From assembly GCA_903857165.1 (NCBI GenBank), contig CAIODU010000219.1, positions 5,172-69,171 of the forward strand: 64,000 nt of DNA, written 5' to 3'. Of the stretch, positions 45,108 to 56,402 are shown piece by piece (the stretch's first letter is position 1; every line of letters begins with the position of its first letter). Position numbers and translations under genes: made by a program. The notes beneath the pieces were generated by a model. It saw only the letters and a program-made list of their open reading frames with translations. It had not been told where the DNA came from and ran no database searches. The DNA is from an uncultured Methylococcaceae bacterium. GTDB taxonomy: Bacteria > Pseudomonadota > Gammaproteobacteria > Methylococcales > Methylococcaceae.

Positions 45108-45544
45108 GATATAATGGTTACTTTCTGAACTTTAAATAATATATACTGTAAGTTAATCTCAAAAGAATATAACACTACCGCCCAACTCGCAGCCATCACA
45201 CAAATGATGAAGTGACCTATTAAGTCGATGTGTCTTTTCACAAAATGCATTTTTTGCTCATGGTAAGAAAGAATGTCTAAACGCTGTTTATATTATCACA
45301 TACAGTCGCGATTTCAAGATATGGCAAAATATGTTAATTTGATTGTCCAAAATTTGTTGTGCTTTACGTTGACATACGCGGTCGAGCCGGGTCCGAAATC
45401 CACTCATGCACTGCCGCGTCTCAACCGCATAAGCCTGTTCAATGGCCGGTTATGGTGTGCGTTCCCGTCAGAAGTCTTCAATAGGCCTGTCCGTCCGCCC
45501 GTGCGCCTTTTGATTTCATCCACCCCTTCCGGCACTGCATCCCG

Positions 45545-46012
45545 TTGCGTTTTCTAGGCACAATGGTTAATGCCTACATCGGGAAAGTCGGGTCGCGTGC
45601 GAACCTAGGGCAAGGCCGCCCCGCGTACCGGTGGAAAACTAACGAGGTGGTGTTCGTGGCAGAGTTGACGCAAGCCGAATTGGAGCTTCTGCTAAAGCGT
45701 TTGGCCGAACTCACCGAACCCAAGGAAGACCGCGTACAAATATTCATGCTGCATGATTTTTCCAACCCATGGGGTTGGGGCATTTGGTGTCGATGGGTCA
45801 AGCCTGCGTGGTGTGATGCGATGCGGCGATATGTGTTGAACAGCCCGGCGCTGACGGATTATGGCGTGTGGCGTTTCGCCGGGCCGATTGCCCCGGAAGT
45901 CGCCCGCGCCTGGGCGCAAGCAGGCCTTGTTTCGGCCGTGGGCCATGAGGGCCGGCGCAATTGTTGGGCGGTGTTTTACGCCAACCCGTGCCGGCGGACC
46001 GGGCGCGGTTGA
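45545..46012 (+). CDS. hypothetical ORF, possibly the first segment of a frameshift-disrupted gene
   Basis: 155-aa ORF in a visibly GC-rich patch. Natural-looking peptide continues in the +2 frame (PVPADRARLTLEAGDLALVLRVLERL) and then in a further frame (TVLDLSSLEGIGWQLGLLTRMG). Confidence 0.3.
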   Translation: MRFLGTMVNAYIGKVGSRANLGQGRPAYRWKTNEVVFVAELTQAELELLLKRLAELTEPKEDRVQIFMLHDFSNPWGWGIWCRWVKPAWCDAMRRYVLNSPALTDYGVWRFAGPIAPEVARAWAQAGLVSAVGHEGRRNCWAVFYANPCRRTGRG

Positions 46013-46447
46013 CGCTGGAGGCGGGCGACCTAGCCCTAGTGTTGCGCGTGCTGGAACGCCTTGCCGGAGGCCACGGTGCTGGATCTGTCGAGCCTGGAGG
46101 GCATCGGCTGGCAGCTTGGGCTGTTAACGCGCATGGGGTGAGGCGGAAATGGCGAACGCGAGTACGGACGTGGCAATCCAGAAACTGTGCGACGAATTGA
46201 ACGAGACGGAAAGCCTGTTTCCCCAGACCAATCCAAGACTGATTCTGGAAGTGGGATATTCGTAGAATCCTAGGGATCAGGTGTTCCGACCTTGTTGTTG
46301 TCCATCGGCGTTTGCGGGTGGCCGGTAAACCGCGCAACGGCCCGGTCGTGCTGGTATCGCCAGTAGCGTCTTCCATTTAAGCTGGAGGTGTCCCTGCTTG
46401 GTCAGCGGGGCAATGCCGAGATCGGCATTGTGGAATTCCCTTGGCAT

Positions 46448-46487
46448 CAAAGCAAAACCCCGGCCGGACTTGCGTCCGACCGGGGTT
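46448..46487 (-). terminator. rho-independent terminator of the lpp-like gene
   Basis: On the minus strand: AACCCCGGTCGGAC-gcaa-GTCCGGCCGGGGTT followed by TTTGCTTTG. It begins ~37 nt after the stop. Confidence 0.6.
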
Positions 46488-46523
46488 CCGAATACTTCCA
46501 ACAGGGCTCTCACCCAGTGGGAA

Positions 46524-46793
46524 TTACTTCTGCATGTGATGCTTGAAGCCAGCGTTCAACTTGGCATCGACATCGGCAGCCGTCCTGTTAGCGGTGGCAT
46601 TAGCCGCTTTCGCGGTGGACTCGGCTGACTGGGCGGTGGAAAGTGCTTCATCGGCGGTGCTCTTCACAGAGGAGACTTCAGCCTTCAGACCGTCAATTTG
46701 AGTCTGAAGAGCGGTGATGTCGCTCTTGGATGCACAGCCTACAGTCAGGCCAGCGGAGAGGAGAATTACTGCGAGCTTGGTAGCTTTCATCAT
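46524..46793 (-). CDS. lpp: Braun-type major outer-membrane lipoprotein homologue
   Basis: MMKATKLAVILLSAGLTVGCASK (lipobox), an alanine-zipper coiled coil, and a C-terminal Lys (...HHMQK). Compare E. coli Lpp: MKATKL...LLAGC...YRK. Confidence 0.8.
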   Translation of the reverse strand: MMKATKLAVILLSAGLTVGCASKSDITALQTQIDGLKAEVSSVKSTADEALSTAQSAESTAKAANATANRTAADVDAKLNAGFKHHMQK

Positions 46794-46915
46794 ACGTTTT
46801 TTTCCTTTCTATCATGAAAGATTAAACAATAACATCTAGCCCAAAAGGGATAGACGGGACCCAGTGCATATCTTGCCGTAAAATCGTTGCGTTTTCCACT
46901 ATTATTTTACCATTT

Positions 46916-49185
<2,270 letters not shown>

Positions 49186-49195
49186 GCCCGAAGTA

Positions 49196-49218
49196 GGGGC
49201 GGGTTCCAAACCCGCCCC
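49196..49218. repeat. GC-rich hairpin immediately after pgm
   Basis: GGGGCGGGttccaaaCCCGCCCC, preceded by GTA. Confidence 0.5.
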
Positions 49219-49265
49219 CAACCCCAATTTGTGACGGGTTTGGAACCCAACCCAACCTCAACAGG

Positions 49266-49760
49266 CTACAAAAACTTCCAATCCTTGATCATAGCCGCCT
49301 GACCTTTGAATGCCCCCGTCCTTGGCTGGATGACGTTCCATACCACCGTGTGTTCAATGAGGAAGCGCCGCCCGTGCCGGCCAATTCTGATCCCGCTGTA
49401 ATCGTCTATGAATCCATGGCTTTCAACTTCATCGAGAACCTGCTGGCGTTCGGCCTGTGCCACCGGTTCGACCGATTTGCGCGAAGGCAGGGCAGTCAGG
49501 TCTTCCCAACTCATCGCAAACAGGCTCAAAGCGGTCTGGTTGGCATAGTTGAAAATTGGGTCTTTGGCCGTGTCATGTGAAAGCACCGCGAAGGGCGCAT
49601 GGAATAGATAGCGGGCCGCATCTTCGTCGCTCATCCGGGTGGCGACCAGCGCTCGCCCCGTCCAGTGGTGGAAACTGTGGCGCAGCAGGGCGACATGCTG
49701 GCTTAGAAAATTGTTTTCTTCTGAGGGTAAAGGGATTTTGCCCATACGCTTTGATTCCAC
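49266..49760 (-). CDS. MEKHLA-domain (PAS-like) protein
   Basis: LLRHSFHHWTGR...FAVLSHDTAKDPIFNYANQTALSLFAMSWEDLTALPSRKS...GFIDDYSGIRIGRHGRRFLIE..VWNV. Confidence 0.7.
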   Translation of the reverse strand: MESKRMGKIPLPSEENNFLSQHVALLRHSFHHWTGRALVATRMSDEDAARYLFHAPFAVLSHDTAKDPIFNYANQTALSLFAMSWEDLTALPSRKSVEPVAQAERQQVLDEVESHGFIDDYSGIRIGRHGRRFLIEHTVVWNVIQPRTGAFKGQAAMIKDWKFL

Positions 49761-49790
49761 TTAACTAATGTTACTCAACCGCTTGTAGCG

Positions 49791-49843
49791 GTAGGGAGGC
49801 AACCCTTTGCCGCCACCGCGTCGGCATGGGGAGGCCAGCCTAC
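49791..49843. repeat. GTAGG-family REP doublet abutting lpxD
   Basis: GTAGGGAGGCAACCCTTTGCCGCC, 5 nt, then GTCGGCATGGGGAGGCCAGCCTAC. The CTA of the terminal CCTAC is the complement of the lpxD TAG stop codon (49840-49842). Confidence 0.7.
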
Positions 49844-50904
49844 TTAGTCCCGGTCAATTCCGCAACCTTTTTCTCCAGTTTTTTCAGCCGCGACCACATT
49901 TCCGCGAGCTTGGGCATGATCGCGATGTTTTTCAGGTATTGTTGCAGAGGCTGGGTCGGACCCCCTGCATACATGCCGGGTTCTTTGATGCTGCGGTTGA
50001 TGCCCGCCCGGTGCAGTAAAACCGAGTCGCTGGCGACGGTGACATGGTCGAGTACGCCAGTCTGGCCCGAGGCGATCACCCGCTTCCCAAACTTACTGGA
50101 ACCGGAAATGCCGGTGTGGGCGCAGAGGATGCAATCCTCGCCGATATCGACATTATGGCCGATGTGGCACAACGCATCGACGATGACACCGGAACGGATG
50201 ATGGTGGCACCGTAAGTGGCGCGGTCAATGGTGGTGTTGGCCCCGATGACGACCCGATCCTCGATGATTACCTTTCCGGTATGCGGTATGCGATAATTGC
50301 GGCGTTTTTCGTCTTGGGCAAAACCGAATCCTTCCGACCCAATGACGCAACCGGCCTTGAGCATGACGTGGGCACCGATTTCACAGCCTTGGCTGACCAC
50401 GCAGCCGGGATGCACGACAGTTCCTTGGCCGATGCGGGCATTGTTTTCGACCACGGCATTGGCCATCAACACGACCCCATCCCCCAATTCAACATTTGCC
50501 CCAACGACCACGCCGGGGCCGATGACCGCGTCATCAGGAATTTGAACGCTGGGGTGGATCACAGACGAAGGGTGAATGCGTGGCCATTCCGTGTGGTAAT
50601 AGTCGCGGTCGTCATAAGCCTGCTTGACCAAGGCAGTAGCCAACCTGATGTTCTCTGCCAACAGGATGGCGAGGCCCGCCTCTCCTTGCAGTTCAGCGGC
50701 AATGGCTTTGTTGGTAATGACGGCGGCGGGTTTGCGTTCTAGCACCAAGGGCAAAAATTTGGCGTTATCGACAAAAACCAAATCGCCCCCGGCACAGTCA
50801 TCAATGGGGGCGAAGCGGCTGATGGCATTATCCGGGCCTCGGTGGTCAAAAATGAGCCCCTGCCCCTTGAAGCGTTGTAAAATTTCCGATGCTTTCAAAT
50901 TCAT
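49840..50904 (-). CDS. lpxD: UDP-3-O-(3-hydroxyacyl)glucosamine N-acyltransferase
   Basis: N-terminal uridine-binding region followed by a long run of hexapeptide repeats (IGPGVVVGANVELGDGVVLMANAVV...). Confidence 0.92.
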   Translation of the reverse strand: MNLKASEILQRFKGQGLIFDHRGPDNAISRFAPIDDCAGGDLVFVDNAKFLPLVLERKPAAVITNKAIAAELQGEAGLAILLAENIRLATALVKQAYDDRDYYHTEWPRIHPSSVIHPSVQIPDDAVIGPGVVVGANVELGDGVVLMANAVVENNARIGQGTVVHPGCVVSQGCEIGAHVMLKAGCVIGSEGFGFAQDEKRRNYRIPHTGKVIIEDRVVIGANTTIDRATYGATIIRSGVIVDALCHIGHNVDIGEDCILCAHTGISGSSKFGKRVIASGQTGVLDHVTVASDSVLLHRAGINRSIKEPGMYAGGPTQPLQQYLKNIAIMPKLAEMWSRLKKLEKKVAELTGTK

Positions 50905-51178
50905 GGCTAATCACAGTTGAAGTTGTCTATATCAAGCCAGCATACCTGTTCCTAGCGGACTAGGGAAGATTTGACAGGGATTGGATCGCCACAATCGAAG
51001 ATATCCCCCTCTTGGCAGGCTTTCATGCCTGAGCGCATGTGCTGGAAAATTGTATAATGATCGGGCTTAAGCGGCTGCGGATTCTTTTGGATTGTCAAAC
51101 TGACTGCGGCGGCAATTACTTGGCTGATGCCAGGCAATGTAAAAAAATTTATGAACACCTATCTTAAATATCGGAGTC

Positions 51179-51388
51179 ATGGCGATGAAGACAGTATTGA
51201 GCGTCAAGGGCATGAAATGCGGCGGATGCGAGACCACGGTGCGCGAGGCGGTGAAGTCCTGCGCGGGCGTGACCGATGTCAAGCCGAGTTTTAAAGAAAA
51301 CACAGTGGAAATCGAATACGAAGAGGGCAAAGCCGACTTGGAAGCCATCGGCAAAGCCATTTCCTCCAAAGGGTTTCAAGTTGGCTAG
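51179..51388 (+). CDS. heavy-metal-associated (CopZ-like) metallochaperone
   Basis: 69 aa. [13 protein letters not shown] is the MxCxxC motif, within a ferredoxin-like fold. Confidence 0.8.
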   Translation: MAMKTVLSVKGMKCGGCETTVREAVKSCAGVTDVKPSFKENTVEIEYEEGKADLEAIGKAISSKGFQVG

Positions 51389-51486
51389 ATGAAAAGGCCA
51401 GGCAAACAGGCATTCGATTGCAAAGCCATGGCTGGCACCTAGTCGGCAATTGGGCAACAAAAACAATAAATCAACAGGCGACACTT

Positions 51487-52464
51487 ATGAAAACACCGAT
51501 ACACATTGCCGTGACGGGGGCGGCAGGACAAATTAGCTACGCCCTGATATTCCGTATCATTGAGGGCGATCTGGCCGGTCAGGATCAGCCAGTGGTGCTG
51601 CATCTGTTGGACATACCCGCCGCGATGAAGGACTTGGAGGGGATACGGATGGAAATGGAGGATTTCGCCTCTCCGCTTTTGGCTGGCGTGGTCAGCACCG
51701 ACGACCCCAAAGTAGCCTTTGAAAATGCCGACATCGCCTTCTTAGTGGGAGCCCGCCCACGCGGTCCGGGCATGGAAAGGCAAGACCTGCTATCCGTCAA
51801 CGCGGAAATATTCTCGGTGCAGGGCCTCGCCTTGAACGAGATGGCCCACCCAGGCGTCAAGGTGCTGGTGGTCGGCAATCCGGCGAACACCAATGCGTTG
51901 ATCGCTGCGAAAAACGCCCCCAATCTCTCCACTAGAAGCTTTTCGGCAATGACTCGACTGGATCACAACCGGGCCGTGAGTATGTTGGCCACCCGTTGCG
52001 GCTGTTCCGTCGCCGACATCCGCCAAATGATCATTTGGGGGAATCACTCCTCCACGCAGTACCCCGATTTGCACCATGCCCTTGTCAGGGGCAAACCTGC
52101 GCTGGAAGGTGTTGAAGAAGACTGGTTCCACGGGCCTTTCATTTCCGCCGTGCAGAAGCGCGGGGCCGAGGTCATTGCCATGCGCGGCAAGTCCAGCGCC
52201 GCCTCCGCCGCCAATGCCGCGTTGGAACACATGCGCAGTTGGATTATGGGCACACCGGAAGACGATTGGGTCAGCATGGCGGTCTACAGCGACGGCAGTT
52301 ACGGCATTGCCGAGGGGCTGATGTACTCGTTCCCGGTCAGGATTCGCGACGGCGACTATGAAATCGTGCAAGGTTTACCCATCGACGCTTTTAGCCTGGA
52401 GCGGATGCGGCTGACCGAAAAGGAGTTGTTGATGGAGAAGGAGATGGTGAAGCATTTGTTTTAA
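51487..52464 (+). CDS. mdh: malate dehydrogenase
   Basis: [52 protein letters not shown]. The start is taken at the ATG at 51487. Confidence 0.93.
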   Translation: MKTPIHIAVTGAAGQISYALIFRIIEGDLAGQDQPVVLHLLDIPAAMKDLEGIRMEMEDFASPLLAGVVSTDDPKVAFENADIAFLVGARPRGPGMERQDLLSVNAEIFSVQGLALNEMAHPGVKVLVVGNPANTNALIAAKNAPNLSTRSFSAMTRLDHNRAVSMLATRCGCSVADIRQMIIWGNHSSTQYPDLHHALVRGKPALEGVEEDWFHGPFISAVQKRGAEVIAMRGKSSAASAANAALEHMRSWIMGTPEDDWVSMAVYSDGSYGIAEGLMYSFPVRIRDGDYEIVQGLPIDAFSLERMRLTEKELLMEKEMVKHLF

Positions 52465-52485
52465 GGGATGGCATATCCCGTGTCC

Positions 52486-52518
52486 AGCGATAACATCCCT
52501 TGAAGGGATGTTATCGCT
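52486..52518. repeat. 33-nt perfect palindrome flanking the 3' side of the RAYT gene
   Basis: AGCGATAACATCCCTTgAAGGGATGTTATCGCT. Confidence 0.85.
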
Positions 52519-52526
52519 TTTTACCG

Positions 52527-53096
52527 CTACTCGACCAAACAATACTTAATGGAACTGTCATCCTCATACTTCACCTGATGGAAGGTTTCAAAGGCTTTTA
52601 GGCTACCAAATAAACCCAATACTTCCTCGCGCTTTAACCGACTGGGTGATGGGCTAAAAAATGCCCGATAGCCACTATACCGCCACATTCCGGGTTCCTG
52701 AACCAAGCCGTGATGGACTGGATTGCGGTGGATATAACGAATCAGGCATGCCAGATGTGCATCGGTTTCTACCCGCAAATGCTTGGGATGCTCCTGAAAC
52801 AAACTGCCCCGCCGTCCCTCCTGCCTGTTGATCGCCTGCGTGTAGGCAATCGCAAGCCGCCGCCAGTGCTCCATGGAAGTGCCGTCAGCCTTAGTGTGGA
52901 CACGCAACAGAAAATGAAAGTGGTTGGGGATGAGGCAGTAAGTCCAAACATCGAAATGCCCATCCAAATACTCGCCCCATTTTCGCAGAAAATAAGCATA
53001 ATTGCGGTCTTGGTAAAACAAGCGGTCGTCTTGGCTATTTGCCCGGTTGAAGAAATGATAAAACTCGCCGGGGACGAAGGGGGCGGAAGCGATCAT
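52527..53096 (-). mobile_element. REP-associated tyrosine transposase (RAYT; IS200/IS605-like Y1 HuH enzyme)
   Basis: 189 aa. FYHFFNRANS, HUH motif CLIPNHFHFLLRV, and C-terminal YIHRNPVHHGLV with the catalytic Tyr context. Flanked on both sides by the same palindrome. Confidence 0.8.
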
Positions 53097-53121
53097 CGGC
53101 CTTGCTCCTTTATGTCAATAA

Positions 53122-53154
53122 ACAGATAACATCCCTTGAAGGGATGTTATCTGT
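53122..53154. repeat. 33-nt palindrome flanking the 5' side of the RAYT gene
   Basis: ACAGATAACATCCCTTgAAGGGATGTTATCTGT. Confidence 0.85.
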
Positions 53155-53216
53155 CAAGCATTATTTCTGGCTTATTAATATTCGCCCGTTGGCAGGGGCA
53201 GACTGCATCGCGGGGT

Positions 53217-53264
53217 AAGAAAAAGAGGGTTTCACGCAACGGCGCAACGACGCAACGTGAAAAG
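53217..53264 (+). repeat. direct repeat A bracketing the NACHT-FGE gene
   Basis: AAGAAAAAGAGGGTTTCACGCAACGGCGCAACGACGCAACGTGAAAAG, built from 8-nt CGCAACGN sub-repeats. Confidence 0.7.
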
Positions 53265-53301
53265 CAAGAGCGCAAAGGGAAAAAGCACAAAGGACAAAGG
53301 G

Positions 53302-56300
53302 CTATAATGCCCTGGCAAGCCGGAAACCCTGGTTGTAGAAGGCCCCATCGGTCGTGATCCTGTTACGGTAGGCCGAACGGAGGTACTGCGGGACGTAGTA
53401 CCACGAACCGCCCCGAACCACCCGGCGACTGTCCCCGCCGTCCTCCCAGGCGGAACCGTCGCCGGGGGCACCCTGGTAATCATCATGCCAGCGGTCTTGC
53501 ACCCATTCCCAAGCATTGCCCGCCATATCAGATAGCCCAAACCCATTGGGCCGTTTTTCCCCGACCGGATGGGTCGTGCCTTGGGAATTATTAGAAAACC
53601 AAGCATAGTTATCCGCGTCCGCGACCGATTCCCCCCAGAAAAACTGGCTGGTGCTGCCTGCCCGCACGGCGTATTCCCATTCCGCTTCTGTTGGCAAGCG
53701 ACCGCCCGCCCAGTGTGCAAACCGGCAGGCGGCGTTCCAGTCGATGCCGACGACCGGTTGACGGGCTTGATTAAAGCGCCGGTCGGCCCAGTATTTTGGT
53801 TGTTTTTCTTTTGGGTGGGCTTGCAGGAAAAGCGCATACTCTTCATTGGTGACCGGGTAGCGGCCTAAGTGGAAAGGGCGGATTTCAACCGCGTGCGCAG
53901 GGCGTTCGCTGTCATTCCCCTCGCCTTCGGCTGAACCCATCATGAAGCGCCCGCCGGGGATCAGGATCAGTTCCACTCCGCCGTTGGAGATGCGCGGGAC
54001 AGCGACATCTTTCCAACTTTGTTCAAAGCTGAGTAAATTTTCGAAAAAACGGTGGTTTATCGTTTCGGCCAACGGCTCCATCGTATCCGGTGCCAGCCGA
54101 TCCAAAACTCGTATTGCCGCCGCTTGATTCGCAAACAGAACAGTATAATTGCCGGGTTCTTGCCGGAGAAATTCCACAAACGGGATTGGCGAAAATTCAG
54201 CGGCTTCTTCTAGAATTAAATCCAGAAACGCGCTGTCGTCGGCAAAGCGGGCTTGCTTGAGTGCTTCGGTCATGAACGGCGCGAACAAAGACGGGTTGCC
54301 TTGTGCCAGCAGCAACAAGATGACCTCGTTCCACCAACTTTCGCCATAATGCGCGGCCAGTTCGGACAATGTATCGCGCTTGCCGCCATCCAGTGCTTCG
54401 GCTAAGGCTAGGCGGCGCAACTCGCAAGCGGCAAGGTATTCCTGAAAGCCTAAATGCATGAAGCCATAAACCCCATGGCTCCAACCGGTCAACAAACCGC
54501 TTTCGTCGCGGAGGGTCTGCAAGAATTGCCGGGCATCGCCGTTTCGCCATTGCGTGGCTTTTAGGGCCGGTTCCAGCACCGGGGCCAGTTCTTCGGCAGT
54601 GGCACGGGTGCGTTTGTCCTCGCCATGCAGCCATAGCGCCACAGGTTGCAAGGCGCGTCGGCCAGTTTGCGCGGGGATACTGACCAACAGGCTTCTGCCT
54701 TGCCCGATGGATTTATGTTGTCGCCAGAGTTCCAGCAATACGGCTATGCACTCGTCGTAAAGCTCGTGCCGCCCTTTGGGTAAAATGCCGCCCCGGTCAC
54801 GATGCACCAGGCAAAGATTCGCCAACAGCAAGGGGTTGCGGGTCATCTCAGCCATGCGAGTAGAGCGGGAGTCCGGTTCCCGCAGCCGTTCGACCAACTC
54901 TGCGGCTTTTTCGGTCGCCTTGATTGCGCCGGAGGGTCCGGGTGTGAGTCCAGTCTCCACCGCCTTGTACCAGTTGCGGATGAAGCTTTCCGATTGTTCT
55001 TGGGTCATGGGCCGCAGATGCAGTTCCAAAAAGCCCGCATCCATGAGGCTGTCTTCGTCATATCCGGCAAACCGGCAAGTCACCACGGCAGTGCAAGCGG
55101 GCAACGCTTGGACCGCGCTTTTGATCCATTCGGCGACTTTGGCGCGTTGCTTGGCGTCGCTGACTTCGTCCAGACCGTCGAACAATAGCAGCAAGCGGCC
55201 CCGTTCCAACAACCGCTTGCCAAAGCCTTGCGGCATATTCAGGTGAGGGCTGTCCAAGGTCTTTTCGATGAAAGCGTCCAAGCCGTGGTCCAAATCCTCC
55301 AACTCGCGCAGTGGCAGGAACACCGGCAGCAGATCGTCGGGTAGGCCCAGCCAGTCCGGGCCTTGCCGCAAACAGGCCAGCAACAGCCGCTTCAAATGGG
55401 TGGTCTTGCCCGAACCGGGGTCGCCCAGAATGACGAGGTTATGCCGCTTGCGGGCATGAGCCTCGCGGAAGGCGTCGATGAGGGCGATCTCGGCGGAGCC
55501 ATGACTGCCTAGCTTGGCCTCGGCGTCGGCGGCATCGGCAAACAGGCAAGCGCCCGTCCCGCGCAAATCGACACTGGCTTGCAGCGGGACATACAATTCT
55601 TCCAAGTCGATGGGTACTCGCAGCCTAGTTTTGAAACCGGCCAGCGGGATTTCCTTGTGTTGATTCTCCATGACTTCGCAATAGCGATTTAATTCCGGTT
55701 CCAGGCCAGCGGGTTCGGGCTTGGTTGCGGGTGCAGTGTTGCCGCCAAGCTGTTGTTTACGCCAATCATGCAAGGCTTGGTAGACCATTACATTGAGTTT
55801 GCTTTCCTCAAAGAGTCCGGGCATCTGATCTTCACGGAACTTAGCCTTGAAGTCATCAAGCTTGTCCCGTTTGGCCCCTCGCCCCTTGCCTTGATCAAAA
55901 TCTTTGTCGGGGTCCACCCGAACCGATGCAGCAATCTCAAACATCAACCTAGGCCGCCCGGCCAACTTGGCGGCGTCATATTCCAGTTCGGTGATGGAGA
56001 ATTCCAGGCCATCGGGTATCCAGCCGTAGCGATGGGCGATGATGCCCAGAAATACATCACATTCCCGCGCTTGCCGCTCGCATTCTTCTACGGTGGTGTT
56101 GGCGCTGGCGGCGAAGCGCTCCATGCCGACCGGCAGCATTTTGGCACGGATAATGGCATCTTCGACTAGCTTGCGCCGCTCCTCGTTGTCGAGAAAGGTG
56201 CTGGAAATAAAGACGGTAACGGGCAGGTTGGAAGGCGGGCTAACACCTAGCGGGGAATCTTTCGTGTTACGATGCAATGGGTTCATGACGATGGGTTGGA

Positions 56301-56367
56301 GTGCCTTAGTGCCAAAAATGAAATCGCCCAAGCAGGTGCTGGAGGGTGAATTGTAATTTAAAAACAT
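53302..56367 (-). CDS. STAND NTPase: N-terminal DUF4062-like (TIR-like fold) domain, NACHT NTPase, helical region, C-terminal FGE/SUMF1-fold domain
   Basis: DUF4062-like: VFISSTFLDNEERRKLVEDAIIRAKMLPVGMERF...CDVFLGIIAHRYGWIP. Walker A is ILGDPGSGKTT (DNA ~55399-55428) and Walker B is LLLLFDGLDEV. FGE fold: LIPGGRFMMGS, RYPVTNEEYALF, RLPTEAEWEYAVRAG, GLSDMAGNAWEW, RVVRGGSW, QGFRLA. The track ORF extends to 56619 through REP hairpins. The likely start is the ATG at 56367 or at 56286. Confidence 0.88.
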   Translation of the reverse strand: MFLNYNSPSSTCLGDFIFGTKALQPIVMNPLHRNTKDSPLGVSPPSNLPVTVFISSTFLDNEERRKLVEDAIIRAKMLPVGMERFAASANTTVEECERQARECDVFLGIIAHRYGWIPDGLEFSITELEYDAAKLAGRPRLMFEIAASVRVDPDKDFDQGKGRGAKRDKLDDFKAKFREDQMPGLFEESKLNVMVYQALHDWRKQQLGGNTAPATKPEPAGLEPELNRYCEVMENQHKEIPLAGFKTRLRVPIDLEELYVPLQASVDLRGTGACLFADAADAEAKLGSHGSAEIALIDAFREAHARKRHNLVILGDPGSGKTTHLKRLLLACLRQGPDWLGLPDDLLPVFLPLRELEDLDHGLDAFIEKTLDSPHLNMPQGFGKRLLERGRLLLLFDGLDEVSDAKQRAKVAEWIKSAVQALPACTAVVTCRFAGYDEDSLMDAGFLELHLRPMTQEQSESFIRNWYKAVETGLTPGPSGAIKATEKAAELVERLREPDSRSTRMAEMTRNPLLLANLCLVHRDRGGILPKGRHELYDECIAVLLELWRQHKSIGQGRSLLVSIPAQTGRRALQPVALWLHGEDKRTRATAEELAPVLEPALKATQWRNGDARQFLQTLRDESGLLTGWSHGVYGFMHLGFQEYLAACELRRLALAEALDGGKRDTLSELAAHYGESWWNEVILLLLAQGNPSLFAPFMTEALKQARFADDSAFLDLILEEAAEFSPIPFVEFLRQEPGNYTVLFANQAAAIRVLDRLAPDTMEPLAETINHRFFENLLSFEQSWKDVAVPRISNGGVELILIPGGRFMMGSAEGEGNDSERPAHAVEIRPFHLGRYPVTNEEYALFLQAHPKEKQPKYWADRRFNQARQPVVGIDWNAACRFAHWAGGRLPTEAEWEYAVRAGSTSQFFWGESVADADNYAWFSNNSQGTTHPVGEKRPNGFGLSDMAGNAWEWVQDRWHDDYQGAPGDGSAWEDGGDSRRVVRGGSWYYVPQYLRSAYRNRITTDGAFYNQGFRLARAL

Positions 56368-56402
56368 AGTCCCAAGGGGATGCGCCCTAGCTGTAGTGGC
56401 GA

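Noticed and set aside
45545-46012. Cas2-like wording (VVFVAELTQAELELLLKRLAELTEPKEDRVQIF resembles the SVFE...L...L...I....D.v..y segment of Cas2).
   Set aside because: There is no N-terminal beta1 motif, no cas1, and no CRISPR array in the window. The similarity is short and could be chance.
46277-46513. Minus-strand 78-aa ORF with faint rve-integrase-like wording (EFHNADLGIAPLTKQGHLQLKWKTLL).
   Set aside because: It lacks the DDE context and is too short and degenerate to call. I mention it only as a possible remnant.
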